DNA of 32,000 bases from an uncultured bacterium. Lineage in GTDB: Bacteria; Margulisbacteria; WOR-1; CAVSGV01. The position numbers and the translations under genes were made by a program. Below the pieces are notes generated by a model, which searched no databases, was not told the origin of the DNA, and worked only from the letters and a program-made list of their open reading frames with translations. Shown here piece by piece: positions 8,946 through 17,308 of this stretch (the stretch's first letter is position 1; each line of letters opens with the position of its first letter). The DNA lies in contig OY969425.1 of assembly GCA_963699255.1 (NCBI GenBank), positions 240,001 through 272,000 of the forward strand, given 5' to 3'.

Positions 8946-9095
8946 ATGGCAGAGGTAAAGGCTTATTGCGTAAAGTGCAAAAAGAAACAGACAATGGAAG
9001 GCGCGAAAGAAATAACCATGAAGAACAAGAGGAAAGCAATGACGGGGAAATGCCCCAAATGCGGCACAAAGATGTTCAGGATCGGTGGAATGTAA
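8946..9095 (+). CDS. Small Cys-rich (zinc-ribbon-like) protein of DUF5679 type, 49 aa; absent from the supplied ORF track
   Basis: Manual translation MAEVKAYCVKCKKKQTMEGAKEITMKNKRKAMTGKCPKCGTKMFRIGGM*; CxxC...CxxC; AGGAGGT SD 5 nt upstream and a promoter upstream. Confidence 0.88.
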   Translation: MAEVKAYCVKCKKKQTMEGAKEITMKNKRKAMTGKCPKCGTKMFRIGGM

Positions 9096-9114
9096 ATAGA
9101 TTTTCGCTCAATAA

Positions 9115-9158
9115 AGCTACCAAGTGGGTCATTTTTACCGCTTGGTAGCTTTTTCTTT
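9115..9158 (+). terminator. Rho-independent terminator
   Basis: AGCTACCAAG (9115-9124) / CTTGGTAGCT (9141-9150) perfect 10 bp stem followed by TTTTCTTTT. Confidence 0.85.
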
Positions 9159-9160
9159 TG

Positions 9161-9249
9161 CCTCACCCCCGTCCCCTCTCCACTTTATGGAGAGGGGAGC
9201 TTAGTAAAAACTTTAGTAGATTATGATTCCAATAAACTTTGGGGTGAGG
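9161..9249. repeat. Nested inverted-repeat element, intergenic
   Basis: Outer arms CCTCACCCC (9161-9169) / GGGGTGAGG (9241-9249); inner hairpin TCCCCTCTCCA (9172-9182) / TGGAGAGGGGA (9188-9198), both perfect. Confidence 0.85.
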
Positions 9250-9265
9250 TATAATATCCAATATT

Positions 9266-10084
9266 ATGCCAGCGGATTTGCATATTCACTCAAACTTCTC
9301 AGACGGATTGTTATCCCCCGAAGAAATAGTAAGAAAGGCGCGAGATGCGGGGCTCACGGTCATAGCCATTACCGACCACGATACCGTCGACGGCATTGGC
9401 CCGGCTATCGCCGAAGGGGAAAAAATCGGGGTAAAGGTAATACCAGGCATAGAGTTCACGACCGATACGAAAGATAATGAGATACACGTACTCGGATATT
9501 ACATCGATTACAAGGCGCAGTGGTTGCGACAGCTCCTCCAGAAGATCCGGGAGGACCGTAAGAACAGGATATATAAGATAGTCGATAAGCTGAAAGAGCT
9601 TGGGGTGGACATAAACGCCCAGGAAGTGCTGGCGCTCGCAGAGAACGGGTCCGCCGGAAGGCCGCACGTGGCAAGGATGCTCATACAGAAGGGCATAGTT
9701 AAGAATATTCCGGAAGCTTTTAATAAATATCTTGTTCGCGGGGCTCCCGCTTACGTTCCTCACTTCAGGCTTAGTCCTGTGGAAGCGGTGCAGACCATCG
9801 TTAAAGCGGGGGGTATACCGGTTTATGCTCACCCGGCCGTTTCAAATTCTGACGAAATAATACCTGAACTCATGGCGAAAGGGTTGGCAGGGATCGAGGT
9901 TTATTACGGCAAAAATTCCGATGCTCAGGTGAAGCATTACCGCGCGCTTGCAGAAAAGTACGGGCTCCTTATGACAGGGGGCTCGGATTTTCACGGGTTC
10001 GGGACCGGGAGAGACGTTTCTCTGGGGGACGTGAATCTTCCCGACGACCGCATATTAGAACTGGAGGAGCATTTAAAAAAATGA
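9266..10084 (+). CDS. PHP-domain phosphoesterase
   Basis: DLHIHSNFSDG, ITDHDTVDG, HVLGYYID, YAHPAV, GSDFHG motifs. Confidence 0.92.
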   Translation: MPADLHIHSNFSDGLLSPEEIVRKARDAGLTVIAITDHDTVDGIGPAIAEGEKIGVKVIPGIEFTTDTKDNEIHVLGYYIDYKAQWLRQLLQKIREDRKNRIYKIVDKLKELGVDINAQEVLALAENGSAGRPHVARMLIQKGIVKNIPEAFNKYLVRGAPAYVPHFRLSPVEAVQTIVKAGGIPVYAHPAVSNSDEIIPELMAKGLAGIEVYYGKNSDAQVKHYRALAEKYGLLMTGGSDFHGFGTGRDVSLGDVNLPDDRILELEEHLKK

Positions 10085-11205
10085 GGCCGGAAAATCAGAC
10101 ATTCGTTGAGATATGCGTTCCGAACATATTACATAATATAAGGCAGCTCAAAAAGCTTCTTGATCGGAACGTGAAATTTATGGCCGTCGTTAAGGCGGAT
10201 GCTTATGGACACGGGGCCGTGCCTGTTTCGAAGGCCATAGAGAAAAACGTGGATTATCTGGCGGTCGCGACGCTTTCTGAAGCCGTTGAATTAAAAAGAT
10301 CCGGGATCAAAAAGCCGATATTGCTCCTTGGTGAAACGCATCTGTCGAATGCGGAAGATGTCGTCAGGGACGGTTTCATCCAGACGGTGTATACCCTTCC
10401 TTTCGCGAAAGCGCTGTCGAACGCCGCAACCAGGTTAAAGAAGAAGACAAGAGTGCACCTGAAAATAGATACGGGAATGGGAAGGATAGGCGTTCATTTT
10501 GGGAAAGCCGACGACTTGTTTGAAAAGATTATGGAGCTTCCGAACATAGAAATTGAGGGTATTTTCACCCATTTTGCTGGGGCGGAGGAAATGGATGAAT
10601 TCACATCCGAACAGCTGAAAAGGTTCAGGTCGTTCATTTCAAGGATCGATTCCGCCGGGTATATTTTGCATGCCGCGAACAGCGCAGCGACCCTTTTCCA
10701 CAAGGAAAGCCATCTTGATATGGTCAGGGTCGGGCTTTCCATGTACGGGCTCTATCCTCCCGGGGGGCGCGGTCACGCTATCAAGCTGAGACCGGCTCTT
10801 GAATTTAAGACCCGTGTCATATATATGAAGAGGATCCCCGCCGGGACCCCGTTAAGTTACGGGTCTACATATGTTGCGGGAAAAGAAACGAACATTGCGA
10901 CGCTGCCTGTCGGTTACGCGGACGGGCTTCCGAGAGCGCTGTCAAATAAAGGGGAAGTTTTGATAGGGGGAAAGCGGCATCCGATAGTCGGGAGGATATG
11001 CATGGACATGACGCTGGTCGATGTGGGCAATTCAAAAGTAAACCCCAACAATTCTGTTGGGGTAAAAGTGGGAGACGAGGTTGTTTTGATAGGGCGTCAG
11101 GGAAAAGAGATCATTTCAGCGGATGAAGTGGCCCAACTGGCTGATACAATAAGCTACGAGATAATTTGCGGAATAGGGAAAAGGGTCACAAGAATATATG
11201 TTTGA
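10081..11205 (+). CDS. alr: Alanine racemase
   Basis: PLP motif AVVKADAYGHGA, MVRVGLSMYGLYPP, GRICMDMTLVDV. Confidence 0.95.
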   Translation: MRPENQTFVEICVPNILHNIRQLKKLLDRNVKFMAVVKADAYGHGAVPVSKAIEKNVDYLAVATLSEAVELKRSGIKKPILLLGETHLSNAEDVVRDGFIQTVYTLPFAKALSNAATRLKKKTRVHLKIDTGMGRIGVHFGKADDLFEKIMELPNIEIEGIFTHFAGAEEMDEFTSEQLKRFRSFISRIDSAGYILHAANSAATLFHKESHLDMVRVGLSMYGLYPPGGRGHAIKLRPALEFKTRVIYMKRIPAGTPLSYGSTYVAGKETNIATLPVGYADGLPRALSNKGEVLIGGKRHPIVGRICMDMTLVDVGNSKVNPNNSVGVKVGDEVVLIGRQGKEIISADEVAQLADTISYEIICGIGKRVTRIYV

Positions 11206-11237
11206 AATGTGAAGATGTCGGTTGAATTCCGCGTCTT

Positions 11238-12734
11238 TTATATTTCGTCGTTCCCGCCCAGTTGTCTTTCAAGACGTAACGTGTGCCTCATTGCCCAGTC
11301 TTGTAATGCCTGAACAGTCTTGCCCGATTTCTTATATTCTTTTCCGCGTTGAATGTATATAGGCTCCGGTGTGGAGCTTTTTCCGATTGCCGTGGTGTAA
11401 TCTTTGACCGCATTTTCGTGCTCGTGCATTTTACTGTATACATCCCCGCGCATGCAATAGTAGGATTCGATATCTTTAGGGTTATTATTGATCGCATCTG
11501 TAAAAGCTGTGATAGCCGAGTTGAAGTCCTCGTTAGCTTTTGCCTTACAAGCATCTTTATCCGCTTTTTCCGTTGCATATTCGATCGAATCCTTTAAGGC
11601 GCTTCCGCGAGCGCTGTATGCTAATCCGATAGCATAATATAGCCGTGGATTATCAGGAGATGAGCGTAGCGCCTCTTTATAATTGTCTATTGCAGCATTA
11701 AAATCATTCAATGCCAAGTCATGTTCTTCCTTTCCCCATTTACCCCATTCTATCTTCGAGGCTTTTTCATGTGACCTGCCGGAGAGATAGTATACATTGG
11801 CGAGTTCCAGATATGCGGATGACGGGACCGGAGTGCTCTTGCTATTGATCAGGATGTTGAAATCTTTGATCGCCAGGTCCTTGTAGAGAGCTTTTTTATC
11901 CTGGTCGATTGCATTTTGCATTAATTTCGTGTATGCATAGCCGCGGTTTTGGAGAGCTGTTATCTGGTCAAGGGTTAATTTGTTTGGATCCGAGATAGGC
12001 GAATTCTCGAGCAATATGTTGGCATTGTCCACTGCCAAAAGGTAATGATCATTGCCCTCCAGTTTATTAAGTGCTTTCGCCTGGTTATTGAGATACTCCG
12101 GGCGGTTACCGCCATATTGGATCGCACGGTTATAGCTGTTTATTGCCGAGTTCAACTGATTCGTGCTTAATTTGCCGCTTCCATGCGTACGATGCATTTC
12201 ATAAGCATCTCTATTAGCTTCCCCTAAGGCCTTATACGCATTTCCGCGATAATACCAGGCATCCGCAAGGGCTTTCGAAGTGTCATCATTAAGATCTTTC
12301 GCTGATTCGGGGTCATTTTTTACCTGCTCATTTTTTTTCAACATATTGAATTTGATCGCCACATCCAGGTCCTTGATCGCCTTTTCATATTCATTTAATT
12401 TATACTGAGCAAGACCACGATTATAGTAGGCATCTGCATAGTTAGGGTTTAATTTAAGCGCACTGGTAAAATCTTTGACCGCCGCTTCATATTCACCTAA
12501 TTGATAGTGTGCAAGCCCGCGAACCACGTAGTCAGATGCAACAAAGTTAGACTTCGCAAAATCGTCCGGTATTTGAGCTGTTTTTTGTGGGTCTATATTC
12601 GGATCGACATTAATATTGACGTGGTCATCTGTGTCGAGCTTCTGCTCTATAAGCACATGTTTAGTAGAAGGCGTCATTTTTTTGTACCACGGAGAAACGC
12701 CGTTAGAATTGTTGCCTACACCGGACACCGACAT
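11238..12734 (-). CDS. Large TPR-repeat protein, no obvious signal peptide, function unknown
   Basis: Multiple TPR motifs, e.g. ADAYYNRGLAQYKLNEYEKAIKDLDVAI, ADAWYYRGNAYKALGE, ESYYCMRGDVYSKMHEHENAVKDYTTAI. Confidence 0.85.
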   Translation of the reverse strand: MSVSGVGNNSNGVSPWYKKMTPSTKHVLIEQKLDTDDHVNINVDPNIDPQKTAQIPDDFAKSNFVASDYVVRGLAHYQLGEYEAAVKDFTSALKLNPNYADAYYNRGLAQYKLNEYEKAIKDLDVAIKFNMLKKNEQVKNDPESAKDLNDDTSKALADAWYYRGNAYKALGEANRDAYEMHRTHGSGKLSTNQLNSAINSYNRAIQYGGNRPEYLNNQAKALNKLEGNDHYLLAVDNANILLENSPISDPNKLTLDQITALQNRGYAYTKLMQNAIDQDKKALYKDLAIKDFNILINSKSTPVPSSAYLELANVYYLSGRSHEKASKIEWGKWGKEEHDLALNDFNAAIDNYKEALRSSPDNPRLYYAIGLAYSARGSALKDSIEYATEKADKDACKAKANEDFNSAITAFTDAINNNPKDIESYYCMRGDVYSKMHEHENAVKDYTTAIGKSSTPEPIYIQRGKEYKKSGKTVQALQDWAMRHTLRLERQLGGNDEI

Positions 12735-13021
12735 TTTAAACCCCTCCTAATGTATGGCGCCAAAGCCCAGAGAAATTGCGCGCCATTTCAGGGAAAAGAC
12801 ACTCCATTCTATGAATACTATCGGGATAATTCGCCAAAGACTTGCATGTGGATCAGCTTAAAGATGTTGGCTCTTTGGCCTTATATTTCCCCTCTACTAT
12901 ATATATCGTCAAAATTGGGCAAAAATTTCATTCGGCATACCAAGCAAAGCCGTGTGGAATGTGGCATTTTTTGATGTTTTGGAGTATGATTGATGGCGTG
13001 GAAGGGGCAGAGTGGTGACAT

Positions 13022-14587
13022 ATGGCAAGTGATCAGACCTACGTACCTTTATATAGGAAATGGCGGTCGCAGAACTTTGAGGAAATAGTCGGACAGGGAT
13101 TCATCGTCCAGACCCTTAAGAACGCCATAAAGGGCGGCAGGATCTCGCATGCTTATCTTTTTTCCGGCCCCAGAGGGACGGGGAAAACGAGCACAGCGAG
13201 GATATTCGCGAAGGCGCTTAACTGCGTTAAAGGTCCCACTCCGAACCCCTGCGGGACATGCGACCAGTGCGTAAAAATAAAGAACGGTCATGCCATAGAT
13301 GTCGTTGAGATCGATGCCGCATCGAACAGGGGGATCGATGAGATCCGGGACCTGAGGGAAAAAGTAAGGTATGTTCCCGTTGAAGGGAAATACAAGATCT
13401 ATATAATCGACGAAGTCCACATGCTTACTTCCGAGGCTTTCAACGCGCTTCTTAAGACCCTGGAAGAACCTCCTCAGCACGTGGTTTTCATTCTGGCCAC
13501 GACCGAGCCCCAGAAAGTCCCCGTAACGATATCCTCCAGGTGCCAGAGGCTTGATTTCAAGAGACTCTCGAATCAGGAGATCGTCGCTCAATTAAAGAAG
13601 ATCGCGGATGCCGAAGGCGTTAAACTGGATGACGCCGCCGCGCCTCTGATAGCGAGGAATTCGGAAGGGTCAATGAGGGATGCTATATCGCTCTTTGATC
13701 AACTTGTTTCTTTCAGCGGAAAGAGCATTAAGGGAGATGATGTTATCGCGGTCCTTGGCACCGCCAGCACGGACCTTGTTTTTGAATTCGGCAGCGCTCT
13801 CGGCAGGGGAGATGTGAGCAAACTGTTTGAACTTGTGAATAAGATGGGTTCCTCGGGCAGAAGCATTCCGCAGGTGACAAAGGACATACTTCTTCATTTA
13901 AGGAACCTCATGCTTGTTTTGCTTAACAGCGAATCTATCATTGAGGAATCATCAGAGCATCTTGCGAAACTGAAGGAACAGGCCAGGTCCTTCACCCTCG
14001 ACAGGATAAAGGAAATGATGAGGATAATATCCAGGGCCGAGGTCGATATGAAATGGCATCCACAGGCAAGGCTTTTACTTGAGGTGGCGGTCATGGAATG
14101 TTGCAGAGGCTCGACCCAATCCCAGGAAATTAAGGAAGCCGAGAAAAAGGAGATCGAAGTAAAAAGTCCGGCCAAGCCTGAGCCGGACATAAGATCTGAG
14201 TCGAATATCAAAGCTGGCCCGAGCACCGTCAAACCCGAGCCGAACATCAGGGCTGAAAAATCGGGGGATATTTACGACTTGAGGTCAAAATGGGTGAAGA
14301 TCCTTGAAGAGGTCAAAAAGAAGAATGTTTTCGCTTTCATTTCGCTGCACGAAGGGGATCCTTTCAGGCTGGATGACGGAAAGCTGATAGTTAGATTCAA
14401 GAAGGGATTCGCTTTCCATAAGGGAAGGCTGGAAGAAGATTCGGCAAGATCCGTTGCGGAGGAGGCCGTCAAAAAGGTATCGGGCAAGGACATAAAGCTG
14501 GAATGCATCATTGATAATACCGCTTCTGCTCCTGAAGAGATCTCGTCCAAAGTGGCCGAATTGTTCAGCGGTCAGGTGATATCGTAA
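13022..14587 (+). CDS. dnaX: DNA polymerase III subunits gamma/tau
   Basis: YRKWRSQNFEEIVGQ, GPRGTGKTSTARIFAKALNC, CGTCDQC zinc module, DEVHML, SEAFNALLKTLEEPP. Confidence 0.95.
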   Translation: MASDQTYVPLYRKWRSQNFEEIVGQGFIVQTLKNAIKGGRISHAYLFSGPRGTGKTSTARIFAKALNCVKGPTPNPCGTCDQCVKIKNGHAIDVVEIDAASNRGIDEIRDLREKVRYVPVEGKYKIYIIDEVHMLTSEAFNALLKTLEEPPQHVVFILATTEPQKVPVTISSRCQRLDFKRLSNQEIVAQLKKIADAEGVKLDDAAAPLIARNSEGSMRDAISLFDQLVSFSGKSIKGDDVIAVLGTASTDLVFEFGSALGRGDVSKLFELVNKMGSSGRSIPQVTKDILLHLRNLMLVLLNSESIIEESSEHLAKLKEQARSFTLDRIKEMMRIISRAEVDMKWHPQARLLLEVAVMECCRGSTQSQEIKEAEKKEIEVKSPAKPEPDIRSESNIKAGPSTVKPEPNIRAEKSGDIYDLRSKWVKILEEVKKKNVFAFISLHEGDPFRLDDGKLIVRFKKGFAFHKGRLEEDSARSVAEEAVKKVSGKDIKLECIIDNTASAPEEISSKVAELFSGQVIS

Positions 14588-14605
14588 CCTTGGCAAGAAT
14601 TAAGA

Positions 14606-14689
14606 GCCTGAGGCTAAACGCCTCGGCTCCATAGGAATCAGCTGAAACCAACCAAAATATTTGGAACCGCGATGTTCAGTCGCAGGTTC
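14606..14689 (+). other. Two bulged hairpins in the dnaX-ybaB spacer
   Basis: GAGCC-t-GAGGC taaac GCCTC-GGCTC (14606-14631) and GAACC-GCGA tgttcag TCGC-a-GGTTC (14664-14689); no strong T tract. Confidence 0.4.
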
Positions 14690-14717
14690 TTAAATTTTAT
14701 ATGCCCCAATATTTCCC

Positions 14718-14746
14718 TTGACACCAATAAAAAAGTGAGGTAAATT
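14718..14746 (+). promoter_or_regulatory. Promoter for ybaB-recR
   Basis: TTGACA (14718-14723), 17 nt spacer, TAAATT (14741-14746). Confidence 0.6.
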
Positions 14747-14752
14747 ACCATC

Positions 14753-15064
14753 ATGATATTCGGGAATATGGGAGATATGATCGGCAAAGTAAAGAAAATG
14801 CAGGATGACTTTAAGAACGTCCAGAAAGAGCTTTCGCAGGCTATTTTTGAGGAAGAATCGGGGGGGGTAAGGGTCGTGGTTTCCGGAGATATGGAACTGC
14901 GCGAGTTAAAGCTGGACCCGAAGATATTAGAGAACAAGGATATTAAAAGGATCGAGTGGCTCATTTCCGATGCCGTGGACAAGGCCTTTACAAAAGCAAA
15001 AAATGAAGCGGCGAGCAGATTAAAAAAGATAACCGGCGGATTTTCGATCCCCGGTCTTTTTTAA
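14753..15064 (+). CDS. ybaB: YbaB/EbfC family nucleoid-associated protein
   Basis: MIGKVKKMQDDFKNVQKEL...VVVSGDMELRELKLDPKIL; between dnaX and recR. Confidence 0.92.
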   Translation: MIFGNMGDMIGKVKKMQDDFKNVQKELSQAIFEEESGGVRVVVSGDMELRELKLDPKILENKDIKRIEWLISDAVDKAFTKAKNEAASRLKKITGGFSIPGLF

Positions 15065-15097
15065 TCGTGTTGGGTTAGATCAGGACAAAGGTAAATT

Positions 15098-15700
15098 ATG
15101 ACAGCAAGATATCCGGAGCCGATGGGACGCCTTATCACGGCACTCGCGAAAATGCCTGGCATAGGGCCAAAATCGGCGCAGAGGCTCGCTTTTTACATTC
15201 TGCAGACGTCAGACAGCGAAATAAAAGAATTGATAGACACCCTGCAGGAGACCAAGGAAAAAGTAGGGTATTGTTCGATCTGCTTTAATATCTCTGTGGA
15301 AGATCCCTGCGAGATATGCTCGGATGAAGGCAGGGACAAGAGCAAGATCTGTGTCGTGGCCCTTTCTCAAGATTTAATTGCGATTGAAAAGACCAGAGAG
15401 TATAATGGCCTCTATCATATCCTTGGTGGGGTGATTTCCCCATTGGATGGCGTGGGGCCCGAGAACTTAAGGACAAAGGAATTGCTGAAGCGGCTTAAAG
15501 ATGATGTTAAAGAGGTGATTCTGGCCCTGAACCCTACAGTAGAAGGGGAAGCAACGGTCATCTATTTGACGAAGCTGATCAAGCCGCTGGAAAAGAAGAT
15601 CACCCGTATCGCATACGGACTGCCTGTAGGCAGCGATATGGACTACGCTGATGAGGTTACGCTTACAAAAGCTTTTGAAGGAAGGCGAGAAGTTTCTTGA
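15098..15700 (+). CDS. recR: Recombination protein RecR
   Basis: LAKMPGIGPKSAQRLAFYIL, Cys4 zinc finger CSICFNISVEDPCEIC, Toprim region, ARGLPVGSDMDYADE-like C-terminus (RIAYGLPVGSDMDYADEVTL). Confidence 0.96.
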   Translation: MTARYPEPMGRLITALAKMPGIGPKSAQRLAFYILQTSDSEIKELIDTLQETKEKVGYCSICFNISVEDPCEICSDEGRDKSKICVVALSQDLIAIEKTREYNGLYHILGGVISPLDGVGPENLRTKELLKRLKDDVKEVILALNPTVEGEATVIYLTKLIKPLEKKITRIAYGLPVGSDMDYADEVTLTKAFEGRREVS

Positions 15701-16380
15701 GCTGGTACCTTGATACATTATACAAGATAACATTTAGACCAATATTTTTTTATCAGGACATGCCAAAAGGGAAATGGCGTGAAGATCCTCTTTCTTTTGC
15801 CCTGGTTACCGGATGGATACTTGCTTTTGCACTTACCCTTGTCTTTTTCATCAACAGTTATTTGCCCACAGGCCTGAGCTTGATAGACGGCATACAGGGC
15901 CATAAGCTGATAATAGTAATACCGGTCCTTGCCGTCATGGGGTTCGCTTTTTTCACAATGACGGTCCTTATAGTGGGCGCGTTATTGATCGGTGCGATAC
16001 TCGGCCTGCTGTTTGTCTGCGCGGCAATCCTTAACTTTTTACTGATACTCCTTGGCGGAAAAGGGAATATTTTTGAGGTCGTTAAAGCGTCGCTTTATGC
16101 CAGCGCCTCCTTTCTGGCTGCTCTTTTAAACATATTTTTAATGTTACCTGTAAAGTACAAGCTAATGACGTTTTCAGACTGGATCACGGGAGAACGAGTG
16201 ATCTTTTATTGCGCGTGTGTGTATCTATACGGACTTTTCAGCATTTTGGGCAGGAAGACCCATAATGTGCCGAGGTGGAAAGCTTTTCTGGCCGCGACCG
16301 TTCCGTTCATCATACTGGTTTTGATGAATATTGTTCTGTCCGGGAAAGTACTGCCAAAGCTGTCGTCAATCCTCGGATAG
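15697..16380 (+). CDS. Membrane protein, probably Yip1-domain family
   Basis: Five to six TM segments, N-terminal 'TLYKITFRPIFFYQDMPKG...'; overlaps the recR stop. Confidence 0.6.
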   Translation: MSWYLDTLYKITFRPIFFYQDMPKGKWREDPLSFALVTGWILAFALTLVFFINSYLPTGLSLIDGIQGHKLIIVIPVLAVMGFAFFTMTVLIVGALLIGAILGLLFVCAAILNFLLILLGGKGNIFEVVKASLYASASFLAALLNIFLMLPVKYKLMTFSDWITGERVIFYCACVYLYGLFSILGRKTHNVPRWKAFLAATVPFIILVLMNIVLSGKVLPKLSSILG

Positions 16381-16427
16381 GACCTGAAGCACGCGGATCA
16401 CTTTATTACAGGATAAAGGAGGAAACG

Positions 16428-17009
16428 TTGTCAAAGAAGGATATTGTTGAAATAAGATGGCACGGAAGGGGAGGTCAGGGCGCAAAGACCGCGGCGCTTC
16501 TTTTCGCGGATGCCGCCCTCTCCGAGGGAAAGTGTATACAGGCCTTTCCGGAATACGGTCCCGAGAGGATGGGTGCTCCGGTCCAGTCTTTCAACAGACT
16601 GTCCGATGAGCCGATAACGCTCCACTGCGCTATCAGCAATCCCATGTATGTTGTTGTCCTTGACCCGACGCTTATGGCTTCGGTTGACGTTCTCGCGGGC
16701 GTTCCGGATGACGGAAAGATAATCATCAACACGAGCAAGTCGCCGGAAGAGATCAGGGATGTCTTAAAGAACAAAAAGATCAAAATTTTCACTGTTGACG
16801 CTTCAAAAATAGCCATGGATACCATCGGCCGCAACATCCCTAACACTCCAATGCTTGGCGCAATGGCGAAGGCGACGGGGCTTCTTGATTTTGCAAGATT
16901 GATGAAGGACCTTGAGCAGAAGCTTAAAAAGAAATTCGCCTCAAAACAGGAAGTTATCGCGGGTAACCTGAACGCCGTAAAAAAGGCTTATGAAGAGGTC
17001 AGGTCGTAA
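16428..17009 (+). CDS. porC: Pyruvate/2-oxoacid:ferredoxin oxidoreductase, gamma subunit
   Basis: EIRWHGRGGQGAKTAALLFADAAL; proposed TTG start at 16428 after aaaggagg, rather than the 16275 start in the ORF track. Confidence 0.9.
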   Translation: MSKKDIVEIRWHGRGGQGAKTAALLFADAALSEGKCIQAFPEYGPERMGAPVQSFNRLSDEPITLHCAISNPMYVVVLDPTLMASVDVLAGVPDDGKIIINTSKSPEEIRDVLKNKKIKIFTVDASKIAMDTIGRNIPNTPMLGAMAKATGLLDFARLMKDLEQKLKKKFASKQEVIAGNLNAVKKAYEEVRS

Positions 17010-17010
17010 A

Positions 17011-17307
17011 ATGGCTAAACTGATGAACTGGAAGGAAATGAAAAAAGGCGATGTGCTGGAAGCAGGCACCGCGGAACAATTTGAGACGGGGGACTGGAGA
17101 AGTTCCCGTCCGGTCTGGCATCCCGATATATGCATCCAGTGCCTTTTTTGCTGGATCCATTGTCCCGACTCTTCGGTTACCGTTGACAAGGCAACATCAA
17201 AAATGACGGGATTCGATTACAAACACTGCAAAGGCTGCGGGATATGCGCGCAGGTTTGTCCCGTAAAGCCGAATAAGGCGATCACCATGGAAAATGAGGC
17301 GAAATAA
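17011..17307 (+). CDS. porD: Pyruvate/2-oxoacid:ferredoxin oxidoreductase, delta (2x[4Fe-4S]) subunit
   Basis: CIQCLFCWIHCP and CKGCGICAQVCP ferredoxin motifs; ATG at 17011. Confidence 0.9.
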   Translation: MAKLMNWKEMKKGDVLEAGTAEQFETGDWRSSRPVWHPDICIQCLFCWIHCPDSSVTVDKATSKMTGFDYKHCKGCGICAQVCPVKPNKAITMENEAK

Positions 17308-17308
17308 T

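Noticed and set aside
8939-9148. 69-aa plus-strand ORF in the ORF track
   Set aside because: Out of frame with the Cys-rich 49-aa gene that has proper SD spacing. The 69-aa frame has no domain and runs into the terminator hairpin.
12501-12974. 157-aa plus-strand ORF antisense to the TPR gene start
   Set aside because: Composition looks like antisense translation, with no domain. The TPR ORF on the other strand explains the sequence.
14321-14350. Possible programmed frameshift in dnaX at gtcaaaaagaagaat
   Set aside because: No canonical A AAA AAG slippery heptamer in the zero frame, and no clear SD plus downstream stem-loop pair.
14590-14717. SRP (4.5S) RNA gene downstream of dnaX
   Set aside because: No conserved S-domain pattern (GGUCAGG...GGAAGG...AGCAG-like) present; only two unrelated short hairpins.
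16275-16427. N-terminal extension of the porC ORF (MESFSGRDRSVHHTGFDEYCSVREST...)
   Set aside because: It overlaps the upstream membrane protein in a different frame. The conserved protein begins at TTG 16428 after an aaaggagg SD.
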